64,000 nucleotides of DNA, taken from contig JBNRSN020000004.1 of NCBI GenBank assembly GCA_051313645.2, positions 30,442,001 to 30,506,000 on the forward strand, given 5' to 3'. The notes beneath the pieces are model-generated. The model saw nothing but the letters and a program-made list of their open reading frames with translations, was not told the DNA's origin and did not search any database. Below are positions 49,641 through 61,452 of the stretch, piece by piece. The position numbers and the translations under genes were made by a program. Every line of letters begins with the position of its first letter. The stretch's first letter is position 1. The DNA comes from Centroscyllium fabricii. Taxonomy: Eukaryota.

Positions 49641-50699
49641 CTGAATGACAAACAGATAATAGGGTCTGATTTGGGGGCGTCAAAAACTTGGTCAGCAAAG
49701 CGATTTCCTGAAATATGAGCTTGCATACAATACGTGATAAATAAAACCTATAGTAAGCTCCACTTGAGTGTACACCTTATTAAAGTATCTGAAAACTCTG
49801 CAACAGCTTAAACACGCTGCAGAATCTCACATTTATATCCTGGTTGCACTGGCAATCGGTGATCCAACATCTGCCAGTGGAAGCTGAATTCTGCATTCTA
49901 AATTGCTTGGTGTAAATTAAACCCAGCTTTGGATTTGGGTTGCACACCAGGACTAATTTGGAAGTAGTACAATGCAAACACAGTCAGATGATCAGCTGCT
50001 GCATCTGCCAACCATATACTCTGTATTAGTAAAATGGAAAAAATGCAGTCATGTGCATCTGACTTGTGGAAAATTAAAAAGTATGCTTCTGGAGTTGCCT
50101 GAATCAGAGGCAGCAGTGTAAACAAGGCTTCTCGTCTTCCGGCAACGTGGATTAGCACACGAAGATTGGATAAAAGAGCGCAAACTTGGTCTGAACAAGG
50201 TAAGCCAAGACAACTGCGTTCTTTTTATAATAGGATATGTGAATACAGACCATGTAACGGATTTCCACATATTTTTAATATTAAATTGTTGTAGCAATGA
50301 AAACAATTTTTGCAGAGTTAAGTGTACAAAGAAGAATAAATTTCACAGTTCACACACTGTTGAAGTTTCTTTAAGTACAGGTTAATGAACAAATTACCAC
50401 CTTTGCAGAATCCAATTAGTTAATTGTTTTACCCGCTCTTCTGAAAGCAGTGACTCGTGGTTGGTACAGTTCCATAAAGTGCCCTTTGATATCGTGCCGA
50501 AGTGGCCACATGTGTAAGCCTAGACAGTTGGCAAGCTCCGTGCACATCACAGTCAAGCACGGTCCTGTTTTGACCAGAGATGTACACATTATTCCCATTA
50601 AGGAGAAACGCTCTGAAGGATCAGAGGGAGAGGCTCAATTGAGGTCCCCAGACCGACATCCAGTTTTGGATGAGCAGGCATGTTCTCCAATTAAATATT

Positions 50700-51088
50700 G
50701 GGAAGACTCAAGATTTTCAAATCTCTCCATGGCCTCACCCCTCCCTATCTCTGTAATCTCCTTAAGCCCCACAATTCCACCCCCCCCGCCGCTTCCAATT
50801 CTGCCCTCTTGTGCATCCCTGATTATAATCGCTCAACCATTGGTGGCCGTGCCTTGTTGCCTGGGCCCGAAGCTCTGGAATTCCCTGCCTAAACCTCTCC
50901 GCCTCGCTAGCTCTCTTTCCTCCTTTAAGACGCTCCTTAAAAACTACCTCATTGACCAAGCTTTTGGTCACCTGCCCTAATTTCTCCTTATGTGGCTCAG
51001 TGTCAAATTATTTGACTTTTAATACTTCTATGGAGCACCTTGGGATGTTTGACTGTGTTAAAGGTGCTATAAAAACATGTTGTTGGTG
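50700..51088 (+). mobile_element. L2-like LINE 3' end; an older fragment is at about 45415-45710
   Basis: FKSLHGLTPPYL, LWNSLP..LR..SSLSSFKTLLK.YL.DQAF; tail aaaggtgctata. Confidence 0.75.
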
Positions 51089-51106
51089 TCGAGTAATTTA
51101 GAGGAA

Positions 51107-53148
51107 TCAGAAGCAGAGGGAGAAGCTCACCGAAGGATCAGAGACAGAGGGAGAAACTCACCGAAGGATCAGAGACAGAGACAGAAACTCACCGAAGGAT
51201 CAGAGACAGAGGGAGAAACTCACTGAAGGATCAGAGACAGAAACTCACTGAAGGATCAGAGACAGAGGGGGAAACTCACTGAAGGATCAGAGACAGAGGG
51301 AGGAACTCACCGAAGGATCAGAGACAGAGGGAGAAACTCACTGAAGGATCAGAGACAGAAACTCACTGAAGGATCAGAGACAGAAACTCACTGAAGGATC
51401 AGAGACAGAAACGCACTGAAGGATCAGAGACAGAGGGGGAAACTCACTGAAGGATCAGTGACAGAGGGAGGAACTCACCGAAGGATCAGAGACAGAAACT
51501 CACTGAAGGATCAGAGACAGAAACGCACTGAAGGATCAGAGACAGAGGGGGAAACTCACTGAAGGATCAGTGACAGAGGGAGGAACTCACCGAAGGATCA
51601 GAGACAGAGGGAGAAACTCACTGAAGGATCAGAGACAGAGGGAGAAACTCACTGAAGGATCAGAGACAGAGGGAGAAACTCACTGAAGGATCAGAGACAG
51701 AGGGAGAAACTCACTGAAGGATCAGTGACAGAGAGGGAAACTCACTGAAGGATCAGAGACAGAGGGAGAAACTCACCGAAGGATCAGTGACAGAGGGAGA
51801 AACTCACCGAAGGATCAGAGACAGAGGGAGAAACTCACCGAAGGATCAGTGACAGAGAGGGAAACTCACTGAAGGATCAGAGACAGAGGGGGAAACTCAC
51901 CGAAGGATCAGTGACAGAGGGAGAAACTCACTGAAGGATCAGTGACAGAGAGGGAAACTCACCGAAGGATCAGAGACAGAGGGAGGAACTCACCGAAGGA
52001 TCAGAGACAGAGGGAGAAACTCACCGAAGGATCAGTGACAGAGGGAGGAACTCACCGAAGGATCAGTGACAGAGGGAGGAACTCACCGAAGGATCAGAGA
52101 CAGAGGGGGAAACTTACCGAAGGATCAGTGACAGAGGGAGAAACTCACTGAAGGATCAGAGACAGAGGGGGAAACTCACCGAAGGATCAGAGACAGAGGG
52201 AGGAACTCACCGAAGGATCAGAGACAGAGGGAGGAACTCACCGAAGGATCAGTGACAGAGGGAGGAACTCACTGAAGGATCAGAGACAGAGGGAGGAACT
52301 CACCGAAGGATCAGAGACAGAGGGAGGAACTCACCGAAGGATCAGAGACAGAGGGAGGAACTCACCGAAGGATCAGAGACAGAGGGAGAAACTCACTGAA
52401 GGATCAGAGACAGAGGGAGAAACTCACTGAAGGATCAGAGACAGAGGGAGAAACTCACCGAAGGATCAGAGACAGAGGGAGAAACTCACTGAAGGATCAG
52501 AGACAGAGGGAGAAACTCACTGAAGGATCAGAGAGAGAGGGAGAAACTCACTGAAGGATCAGAGACAGAGGGAGGAACTCACTGAAGGATCAGAGACAGA
52601 GGGAGAAACTCACTGAACGATCAGAGAGAGAGGGAGAAACTCACTGAAGGATCAGAGACAGAGGGAGAAACTCACTGAAGGATCAGAGACAGAGGGAGGA
52701 ACTCACTGAAGGATCAGAGACAGAGGGAGAAACTCACTGAAGGATCAGAGAGAGAGAGGGAGAAACTCACTGAAGGATCAGAGACAGAGGGAGAAACTCA
52801 CTGAAGGATCAGAGAGAGAGGGAGAAACTCACTGAAGGATCAGAGACAGAGGGAGAAACTCACTGAAGGATCAGAGACAGAGGGAGGAACTCACTGAAGG
52901 ATCAGAGACAGAGGGAGAAACTCACTGAAGGATCAGAGAGAGAGGGAGAAACTCACTGAAGGATCAGAGACAGAGGGAGAAACTCACTGAAGGATCAGAG
53001 AGAGAGGGAGAAACTCACTGAAGGATCAGAGACAGAGGGAGAAACTCACCGAAGGATCAGTGACAGAGGGAGAAACTCACCGAAGGATCAGTGACAGAGG
53101 GAGGAACTCACCGAAGGATCAGAGACAGAGGGAGAAACTCACCGAAGG
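51107..53148. repeat. 31-bp purine-rich minisatellite (GAAGGATCAGAGACAGAGGGAGAAACTCACY)n, about 65 copies, with 25-bp deletion variants
   Basis: Tandem periodicity seen directly over about 2 kb. Confidence 0.97.
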
Positions 53149-53352
53149 AGACTTATTAAAACCTCTGAAGCCTTGCTTTATAGATTGCAAAGGATGTGTG
53201 CTTTTTGGGAGTGTTGAACCATTGAAGTTTAGCACCTGAGGGGGTGACAATTAAATATTCATACCTTAACTTTTACAATTACTGTTAGGAGTGTACACAT
53301 TTTTGATGCATCTGCTGCAATCAACTGGAGTAACAGAGAATTAAATATATTA

Positions 53353-53815
53353 GGGGGAGGCGGTGGCGTAGTGGTTATGTCACTAGACTAGTAAGCCAGA
53401 GGCTCAGTCAAATGCTCTGAGGATATGGGTTCAAATCCCACCACGGCAGCTGGTGGAATTTAAATTCAATTCAATTTAATTCTGGAATTAAATGTTAGTC
53501 TTAGTAATGGCGACCATGATACCATTGTCGATTGTTGCAAAAACCCATCTGGTTCACTAATGCCCTTTAGGGAAGGAAATCTGCCATCCTTACCTGGTCT
53601 GGCCTACATGTGACTCCAGACCCACAGCAATGTGGTTGACTCTTAATGCCCTCTGAAATGGCCTAGCAAGCCACTCAGTTGTAAACAACCGCTACGAAAA
53701 ACAATAAGACTGCAGCAGTTCAAGAAGGCGGCTCACCACCATCTTCTCAAGGGCAATTAGGGATGGGCACTAAATGCAGGCCTAGCCAGCCACATCCCGT
53801 CAATGAATAATAAAA
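53353..53815 (+). mobile_element. tRNA-derived SINE, third family; other copies at about 19203-19890 (-) and 46670-46965 (-); matching LINE-like tail at about 23740-24010
   Basis: gtggcgtagtgg A box, gggttcaaatcccacc B box; tail cttctcaagggcaattagggatgggca shared with 23930-23960. Confidence 0.8.
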
Positions 53816-54379
53816 AATTTAAAAAAATATTCAATTTGTTCTTGATGTTGGTTTCAGTGGCACTGTATAGCTTCATTTTCAAGACAGGCCCTTATGTTTG
53901 TATTGTAAACATTATGGTCTCTAGATTTTTATACAGCCTATTTTAATTAAAAATGTTTATTTTTATATGTTGCATATATGGTAAATGTTTAAAATTGGTT
54001 TTAATGGTAGAATGTATGTTGTGCAAACCGTGCTAGACATCAGAGTTACTGGATGGCTGAAAATCCAGGGCAAACGCATTTTGCAGTGAGAATCGCTCAA
54101 GATCAAAGTAAACAAAGAGCAGCAGATACTCAATCACACACAGGAGATGAAGGGGTCTGTCCCTGCCACATATTTTCCAGGAGATGAATAGGTAGATGGA
54201 GGAGCGATTGGATGCAGGCAATCATCCATCAAAGTGGGAAGAAAGTGCAAGGGTTTGCTGAAGGGAAAGCCTGGGCAAAGACATTTACAATACTTGTTTC
54301 CAAGGTTGTGACTTGCAGGATGGCAGCTATCGACAACACCATGATTACCCAAGGGAGGAGAGATAAGTGCAGGAATTCT

Positions 54380-54580
54380 GTGGCAGTGGGAGCTTTAATA
54401 GTGAAAGTAGAGAGTTGCTTCTGTTGTATCAACCTGAGCCCAGAATGGTGAGTTGTCTCCTTGGTGACACCAAGGTAAGGGACCTACCAGAACATGTTCA
54501 GAAGATCTTGGAGAGGGAGCAGGATTGGCCAGAAGGTCGTGGCTGATATTGGAATAAATGACAGAGGGAATCAAAGAATT
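54380..54580 (+). mobile_element. Highly degenerate CR1 ORF1 (SGNH esterase-like) remnant
   Basis: Decayed RMV.CLPG..VRD and VV..IG.ND motifs. Confidence 0.4.
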
Positions 54581-54836
54581 CAGCTCCTTCAAAAACATTT
54601 TTTTTTCCAGGAATGAGGTGATTAATTTAAGATTCAATGAAAAATGTTCAGTGCAGATTCACTAGTGTGTTACTGGGGGCATAAAGTTATAGTTAATAAG
54701 AGACTTAGGAAGTTAGGAACTTTTTCCACAAGTTAAGAACGGTGAGTGGTGACCAAATCAGTCTTCAAGATTCTGAAAAGTTATAATAAAGTAAATACCA
54801 ATAGATTGCTTCAATTGGTTAGGCAGTCAGCACAGT

Positions 54837-55330
54837 GGGCAGCACGGTGGCATAGTGGTTAGCACTGTTGCCTCACAGCGCCAGGGGCCCAGGTTCAAAT
54901 CCGGCCTCGGGTGACTATCTGTGTGAAGTTTGCACATTCTCCCCGTGTCTGCGTGAGTTTCCTCCGGGTGCTCCGGTTTCCTCCCACAGTCCAAAGATGT
55001 GCAGGTTAGGTTGATTGGCCAGGATAAATTGACCCTTAGTGTTTGGGGGATTAAATATGTGGGGTTACGGGGATAGAAACATAGAAACTAGGAGCAGGAG
55101 TAGGCCATTCGGCCCTTCGAGCCTGCTCCGCCATTCAATGAGATCATGGCTGATCATCCAAACCCAGTATCCCGCCCCTGCCCTCTCCCCATATCTCTCG
55201 ATCCCTAATCAACACATATCCCACCCTATCCCCGTAACCCCACATATGGGATAGGGTGGGATGTGTGTCGGTGCAGGCTTGAGGGGCCGAAATGGCCTCT
55301 CTCTGCACTGTAGGGATTCCATGATTCTGA
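54837..55330 (+). mobile_element. HE1-like V-SINE (short tail) with an antisense HE1/CR1-tail fragment inserted at 55077-55247
   Basis: A/B boxes and V domain; the insert is flanked by GGGATAG direct repeats. Confidence 0.85.
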
Positions 55331-55349
55331 GAGGATCCAAATTAATCAC

Positions 55350-56240
55350 AAATGGCTGTCCATGGCTCCAACACGATCATCAAGTTCGCGGATGACACCA
55401 CGGTGGTTGGCCAGATCACCAACAACGACGAGTCAGCCGACAGGGATGAGATCCAGCGCCTTGTGGGTTGGTGTGCCGACAACAACCTGGCACTGAACAC
55501 CAAGAAAACCAAGGAGATCATAGTAGACTTCCGGAGGACTGGAAGCAGAAGACACACCCCCATCTTCATCCAAGGGGCTGAGGTGGAAAGGGTGTCCAGC
55601 TTCAAGTTCCTCGGGGTCCACATCTCGGAAGATCTCTCCTGGTCACTAAACACCTCCTCTCTGGTTAAGAAGGCCCAACAGCGCCTGTACTTCCTTAGGA
55701 AGCTGAGGAAAGCCAGGCTGTCATCCGGCATCCTCTCCAACTTCTACCGCTGCACAATAGAAAGCATACTGACAAGCTGCATCACTGTCTGGTATGGTAA
55801 TTGCACTATCTCGGACCGGAAAACCCTGCAGCGGGTAGTCAAAACTGCCCAACGAATTACCGGTACACAGCTACCGTCAATGGAAAGCATCTACCTCAAA
55901 CGCTGCTTACGGAGGTCTATGAACATTATTAAAGACCCCACACACCCCAGCCACAGTCTGTTCGCCCCTCTGCCCTCCGGGAGACGCTACAGAGCAATTC
56001 GCACCCGCACGACTAGATTTCAGAACAGCTTCTTCCCCAGGGCTGTCAGCCTCCTGAACTCTAAAAAGAAACTCCGGTACCTGCACGCCTGACAATGAAC
56101 TTTACTGTATGCAATTTGCATGTAATTTATTTATTTTGTTTGCACTACTCTCGGGAGAGTCGAGTCTTCGTCTCGTTGTATTGTACTAGTACTCTGCAAT
56201 GACAATAAAACTTGAATTGAATTGAATTGAATTGAATTGA
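55350..56240 (+). mobile_element. Rex1/Babar-clade LINE, 5'-truncated, uninterrupted RT C-terminus
   Basis: 246-aa ORF IIKFADDTTVVG...NNLALNTKKTKEIIVDFRR...KKAQQRLYFLRKL; tail aatgacaataaa(acttgaatt)(gaatt)n. Confidence 0.88.
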
Positions 56241-57083
56241 AAAGAATTAAAGAGGTTAGAAAAAAATGTTGGAACCCTCCTCTGCCGAGAACAACGAACT
56301 AACTCAGCACAGACCAAGGATTGAGCGGAGGACCTTCCCGGACTGTGTGCGCAATATAGCAGAGAGCTAGTGATTTACCTAGTGATCCATTCAGGGAGTG
56401 CTGCTGCTACCTACTAACTGTTCATCCAAATGGGTCAGTTTAATAACTCTCTATTGATTTGATGCTAGAGTTGAATCAGTGTCAACATCGCAGCTGAACT
56501 AGAGAAATACCTGGACCTAGTTTTTACTATCTGGAGGTTCAACAGAAACGGTGCAATTGTTAAACTGAAATCTGACAATCAGATGATTACGATACTGTAG
56601 AACTGATGTGAAGATATCTTCACATTCGGTGTTGTTAAACATGTATAATATCATTATTGAACTACATTGATAAATATCCCTTTCAGTATCTGCCTTAAAT
56701 AAGTGAATTTTAACTCGTAGAAAAATCAGTTAGTTACTTGAGACATGCAGTACAATGCCTTCAATGCTACTTAAATTTACATGCCGATTGTCTGTCATAA
56801 GATTGTATCAGGCAGCAACACTCAGTAGCATTTTGAAACATGTTTTCTGTGAATTTACCAAGTGCAAATTCTTGAACTTGGAGGCGAGACGAGACAGTGA
56901 TGTGTTTAGGTAAAATATTTGAAAACCAATCAAGCCATCAATATTTAAATAATTTCATCCGATGTGCAATTGGGAGAATTTATTATTATTTTTTTAAAGC
57001 GCGTGTACTGTACATCTTTCATTTTATTTAGAAGAACGCGCCGACATTTCCAGAAATATGATCTAACTGTACATCGGCATTAC

Positions 57084-57298
57084 CTGGAAAATCTTCTTTC
57101 AAGTTGGGGAAGTTTGTGTTTGTGTACAGAACGGGGGCAACCGTTGCCATTTCTCCCAGAGCTTCTTCTTTTTCCCATTTGAGAGTACTCCGCTGTGTGT
57201 AGTTTAGTGTGTCTCCTTCCACCTCCACAGCAGGTGCAGAGGGAACCCATGGGCTGGGTGGGTCAGCAACAACTTGACTAAACGTATGGTTCTTGTCT
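57084..57298 (-). CDS. KMT2C: KMT2C exon: DKNHTF...QRSTLKWEKEEALGEMATVAPVLYTNTNFPNLKEDFP (start of HMG-box region)
   Basis: aacAG acceptor, GTAATG donor, 215 nt. QRSTLKWEKEEALGEMATVAPVLY is the KMT2C version; KMT2D differs here. Confidence 0.96.
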
Positions 57299-57390
57299 CT
57301 GTTAAATTGATCCAGTTCAAGCATAAGTAGTTAAAAGTTCTGCCAGAATCTTCCAATAAGTTGCGAATGCTAAATACATGCATTCAAATA

Positions 57391-57728
57391 AAGGTTGAGC
57401 ACCGTTAATCCGGCCGACTGATCTGCGCATGTGCAAAATGGCCGCCACGCTTGGCTGCGCAAGCCCGGGCCTTCCCGAACGATGAGCGCATGCGCAGACC
57501 ATTCAAACTGGCCGCCGGCCTTTCACGGTGGCCATTTTGAATGGTCCCAAACGATCCCGTGCCTCCCCGAACATTGAGCGCATGCGCAGGCCATTCAAAA
57601 TGGCCGCCGGCCTTTCGCGGTGGCCATTTTGAATGGTCTGCGCATGCGCTCGCCGAAGCTTCAATCATTCGGAGTTTTCAAAAATTCAGCACGGTCCTGG
57701 TCATGCTGGATTAACGGTGCTCAACCTG
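57391..57728. mobile_element. Tigger/pogo-like MITE, copy 5
   Basis: TA|aAGGTTGAGCACCGTTAATCC...GGATTAACGGTGCTCAACCTG. Confidence 0.85.
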
Positions 57729-57758
57729 TTAATAGGAAAAACATTCAGAATATATAAT

Positions 57759-58599
57759 GGGCCCTGTTTTCCTGTGTGCCGGTTAGTGCGTGCGCTAGGA
57801 CCCTGGGGACTCCTAATCGCACGCACCAACATTGCACAGAAGTGTGGACGTCAATTTCCTCTTCGTTCCTCCCCGTTCCTGCGCTCCGTGGCAGTCCAGC
57901 CACGCTAGGTGCGCAGTGTAAGCCCTGCCCACAGATCCCAAATTTAAATAAAAAACGCCCCCCAGATCCCTAATTTAAATAAACAGATCCCGAGTTGGAC
58001 CTTTGTGAGAGCAGGGAAGTGCGGAGCTGCACCAACAGACTCGCGGGGAGCAGCGCGGGGGCACAGCAGCTTCTCAGAGGAAGAAACGGAAGGTAAGTCT
58101 GCCATTTTTTCCTCTTAGATTTTTAATTTTTTTTAATTAGCTAGAGAGTTAAAAATTTCAGAAATTTAACTTTAAAAATGAGCGATTTGAAACAGGTAAA
58201 TTAACTTAAAATCGGATTTGTAAATTTTTTTTTAAAACTTTAACTTAAAAATTTAACGCTACCGATCTGGCCACACTACTCCCAAAAACTGTAAAAAATT
58301 AAAATTAAAGTTAAAAAATTAACTCACCTGCTTCAATAACTAAATCTTCTCCCTCTTACTACTGTTTTTTTCGTGGGCAGCTTGTGAGCCAGTTGCACAC
58401 GGAATCACTCTCTAAAAATCACCTGTTCTGACAGGAAATCGTCAGTGCAAGGTCTTCCTGCGTTGGGAGCTGAAGGGCCTTGCCCATCAGCACAGGAAAT
58501 TCCCATTCGTGGGCATCCCCCGTGCTGCACATCCACGAGGCATTTCTGAACCCCCTTCGTGGGTGTGCAGCTCCTCTGGAGCACAGGAAAACAGGGGCC
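57759..58599. mobile_element. Harbinger-like MITE B
   Basis: TIR GGGCCCTGTTTTCCTGTG / CACAGGAAAACAGGGGCC; 3-bp TSD AAT. Confidence 0.8.
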
Positions 58600-59182
58600 A
58601 ATATCCAATATATTGCTCATCTCTATGGATATAAAACCTTGCATTAAAAATCTCTTCTTTCAGCCTAACTTTCGTGCAACCGCAAACCCAGATTACATTT
58701 AACAACACTCTGCAATTGGTGCGCACCAGTGATGAGGATCAATTCTCCTGTGTAATTATTCCTCTCTCCTGTTGGGAAGATGCCTTTTCCTCCTCCCCTT
58801 GGCATGTCCGAGACTTCTCCATGCGAGATCGGGAACTCGGCATGTGCAGATCTCGGAGGCGTAAACGATTGTCCGACCAATCCTAGTCAGTGTTTGCGCA
58901 CTGGATAGCTGAATTTTGAGAGGGTACTTTGGCCTATTTAAACTGGAATGTTTGCAAACCACTAGAATCCCCAACTTGAGAAACAGCTGTTATATCGATA
59001 GTAATCCTAGGATTTGTCAGGTGGCAGTGATTCCCATCGGTGTGCTCTCATTCACATGTTCCACCTACAATCTTTTTACAGTGGCAAGCATAAACGCAGA
59101 GGGGGAAAAAAATACCCGTATGTGGAAAAACAGTAATTTTATAAGCTAAATTTCCACAACAAAGTTATGAAAATAGGTACTA

Positions 59183-59540
59183 CAGGTTGAAGACCGTTAA
59201 TCCGGTAACCGTTAAGCCGGCAGCTTCAGTCGTCTGGCATAAATTGCCCTGACTGCCCTGCGCAAAATGGCCGGCGCGATTGATGCTTTGGCGAATGATC
59301 TGCGCATGCGCCGCCAAACGGCGAGCGCATGCGCAGACCATTCAAACGTTCCAGCGGCCATTTTGAATGATCTGCGCATGCGCTCGCCATTCGGCGGCTC
59401 ATGCGTAGATCATTCAAAATTTCGCAGTGGCCATTTTGAATGCTGTGCGCATGCGCCGCCGTGGCTTCAATCAGTCGCCATTTTCAGCAATCCGGTAGGG
59501 TGCTGGTCCCGACCCTGCTGGATTAATGGTGTTCAACCTG
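59183..59540. mobile_element. Tigger/pogo-like MITE, copy 6
   Basis: TA|CAGGTTGAAGACCGTTAATCC...GGATTAATGGTGTTCAACCTG|TA. Confidence 0.85.
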
Positions 59541-59702
59541 TATTAAAAAAATAGGGCAATCATTTCAATAATTTTAATGGAATTTATTTCACTCTTGAAA
59601 GTTTTAAAGCATTTCTATAGGTTAAATCTACTGGGTTTTTTTGACGTATGAAAATACATTTGCAATAATGGCGTCAAACATGTAATAATGCTGCATACAC
59701 AC

Positions 59703-59850
59703 CGGCTGCTATCAGAGAATGGTGACTGAGGGATAGAAGAGTAAGTGCTGGTCAGGCAACGTCCACCTCCAGGTGCTGAAGATGTTTGGTGTTGTGGGTG
59801 CGGTCCAATCACGCCATTCATTGCTGGCACCCTGGAAAATCCACCATCTC
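59703..59850 (-). CDS. KMT2C: KMT2C/MLL3 coding exon (first in window): (G)DGGFSRVPAMNGVIGPHPQHQ...PFSDSS(R)
   Basis: cataaAG acceptor, GTGTGT donor, 148 nt, phase joins the next exon. Resembles vertebrate KMT2C 'FSRMPLMNGLIG...YPDAR'. Confidence 0.85.
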
Positions 59851-60397
59851 CTTTATGAAAGGGGTAGGGAAAAGAAAAATGAACAACCATCAAACTATTA
59901 TTATGCCACGTAATGAATGACTTGCATTTACATAGTGTAATAGCCTCAGAAAGTCCCAAAGCTCTACAGAACCCTTGTTGTGAGGGAGAAGTGCAGTCAT
60001 TGCTGTGATGTAGGCAGAAACAGCAGCCAATCTGGGAAAAAAAAGATTTGCATTTTACAGCACCTTTCAAGTTCTCTGAATGTCCCAAAGTGCTTTATGG
60101 TCAATCAGTTACTTTTTGAAATGCACTCTCGATTCTTTTGGCAGGCAAGTATGGCAGCCAATTTGTGCAAAGCAAGGTCCCGTAAACATCAATGAGATGG
60201 GTGACTAATCTACGTGTTTTAGTGGTGGCGATGGAGGCAGAAATGCACACCGAGGACTCTGCTCTTACAAAAGTGGTATGTTTTCTTTTTACATCCACCT
60301 GAATAGGCGGATAGGGGCTTCAATTTACCGTCTCGTCCAAAAGATGGAACTTTGGTACTGCACTGAAGTTTTAGCCCAGAATATGGCTCTAGTTCTA

Positions 60398-60985
60398 CAT
60401 AAGAACATAAGAAATAGGAGCAGGAGTCGGCCAATCGGCCCCTCGAGCCTGCTCCGCCATTCAACAAGATCATGGCTGATCTGATCCTAACCACCAATCT
60501 ACCATCACAGAACCATCTCCTGAATCTAACAGAATTCGACACACGAAATAGGAGCAGGATCAGGCTGCACGGTCCCTGGGCCCGCTCCACTACCCACAGG
60601 GCCATGACCGATCTGAACCTAGACTCATGTCCAAATTCCTGCCCGCTCCCCGTAACCCTTAATCCCTTTTACTTCTAGGAAGCTGTCTATTTCTGTTTTA
60701 AATGGATGTAATGATGTAGCTTCTACAGCTTTTTTTGGGGCAGCATGTTCCATGGACCTACTACCCTCTCAGTGAAGTAGTTTCTCCTCATCTCAGTTTT
60801 GAAAGAGCAGCCCCTTATTCTAAGATTATGCCCCCTAGTTCTAGTTTCACCCATCATTGGGAACATCTTCCCCGCATCCACCCGATCCAACCCCTTCATA
60901 ATCTATATGAATAAGATCTCCCCTCATTCTTCTGAACTCCAATGAGTAGAGTCCCAATCTACTCAACCTCTCCTCATATGTCCAA
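60398..60985 (-). mobile_element. CR1 LINE 3' fragment, preceded by degenerate Deu-SINE pieces (about 59915-60395)
   Basis: ERLSRLGLYSLEFRRMRGDLI; acataagaacataaga tail. Confidence 0.82.
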
Positions 60986-61452
60986 CTGGAGCAAAACTTG
61001 AACCCGCAACATGGTAATAAAGCAGAAAATGCTGGAGACACTCAGCAGGTCAGGCAGCATCTGTGGAGGCTGTATCAGTCAGAAGGGTCATCGACCTGAA
61101 ACATTAACTCTTTCTCTCTCCACAGAAGTTGCCTGACCTTCCAGCATTTTCTGTTTTTATTTCAGATTTCCAGCATCTGCAGTATTTTGCTTTTGTTTGG
61201 TAATAAAGCATCTGATTTATTTGTATTTGGGCTTTCCTGAAATGATACAGGAGTACTGCCAAACTCTGGTGATGTGCTTGTAAAACACATCCAACCTCAC
61301 CCCACCTTCTGATAGAGTCAAACCCACAGAGGGAATGCTAAGTTCCCTTATCACCTGGACTGATCTGTCCTTGGGTATCAATACTGCTTCCCAAGCCGCC
61401 CTCCTTCTGTCTGATAGAGCCTTCATTTTGCCTGCATTTAGCAGGTCCACCA

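Noticed and set aside
51107-53148. CRISPR-like array (also considered for 20516-21415)
   Set aside because: Head-to-tail units with no unique spacers, no cas genes, vertebrate intron.
58655-58915. Possible small TIR element (ttcagc...gctgaa)
   Set aside because: Inverted match too short and degenerate to support a call.
322-59850. Assignment to KMT2D (MLL4) rather than KMT2C
   Set aside because: Segments QRSTLKWEKEEALGEMATVAPVLY, KASSQERAPYV and IGAHRKSKKALSAKQR match KMT2C as I recall it; KMT2D differs at these positions.
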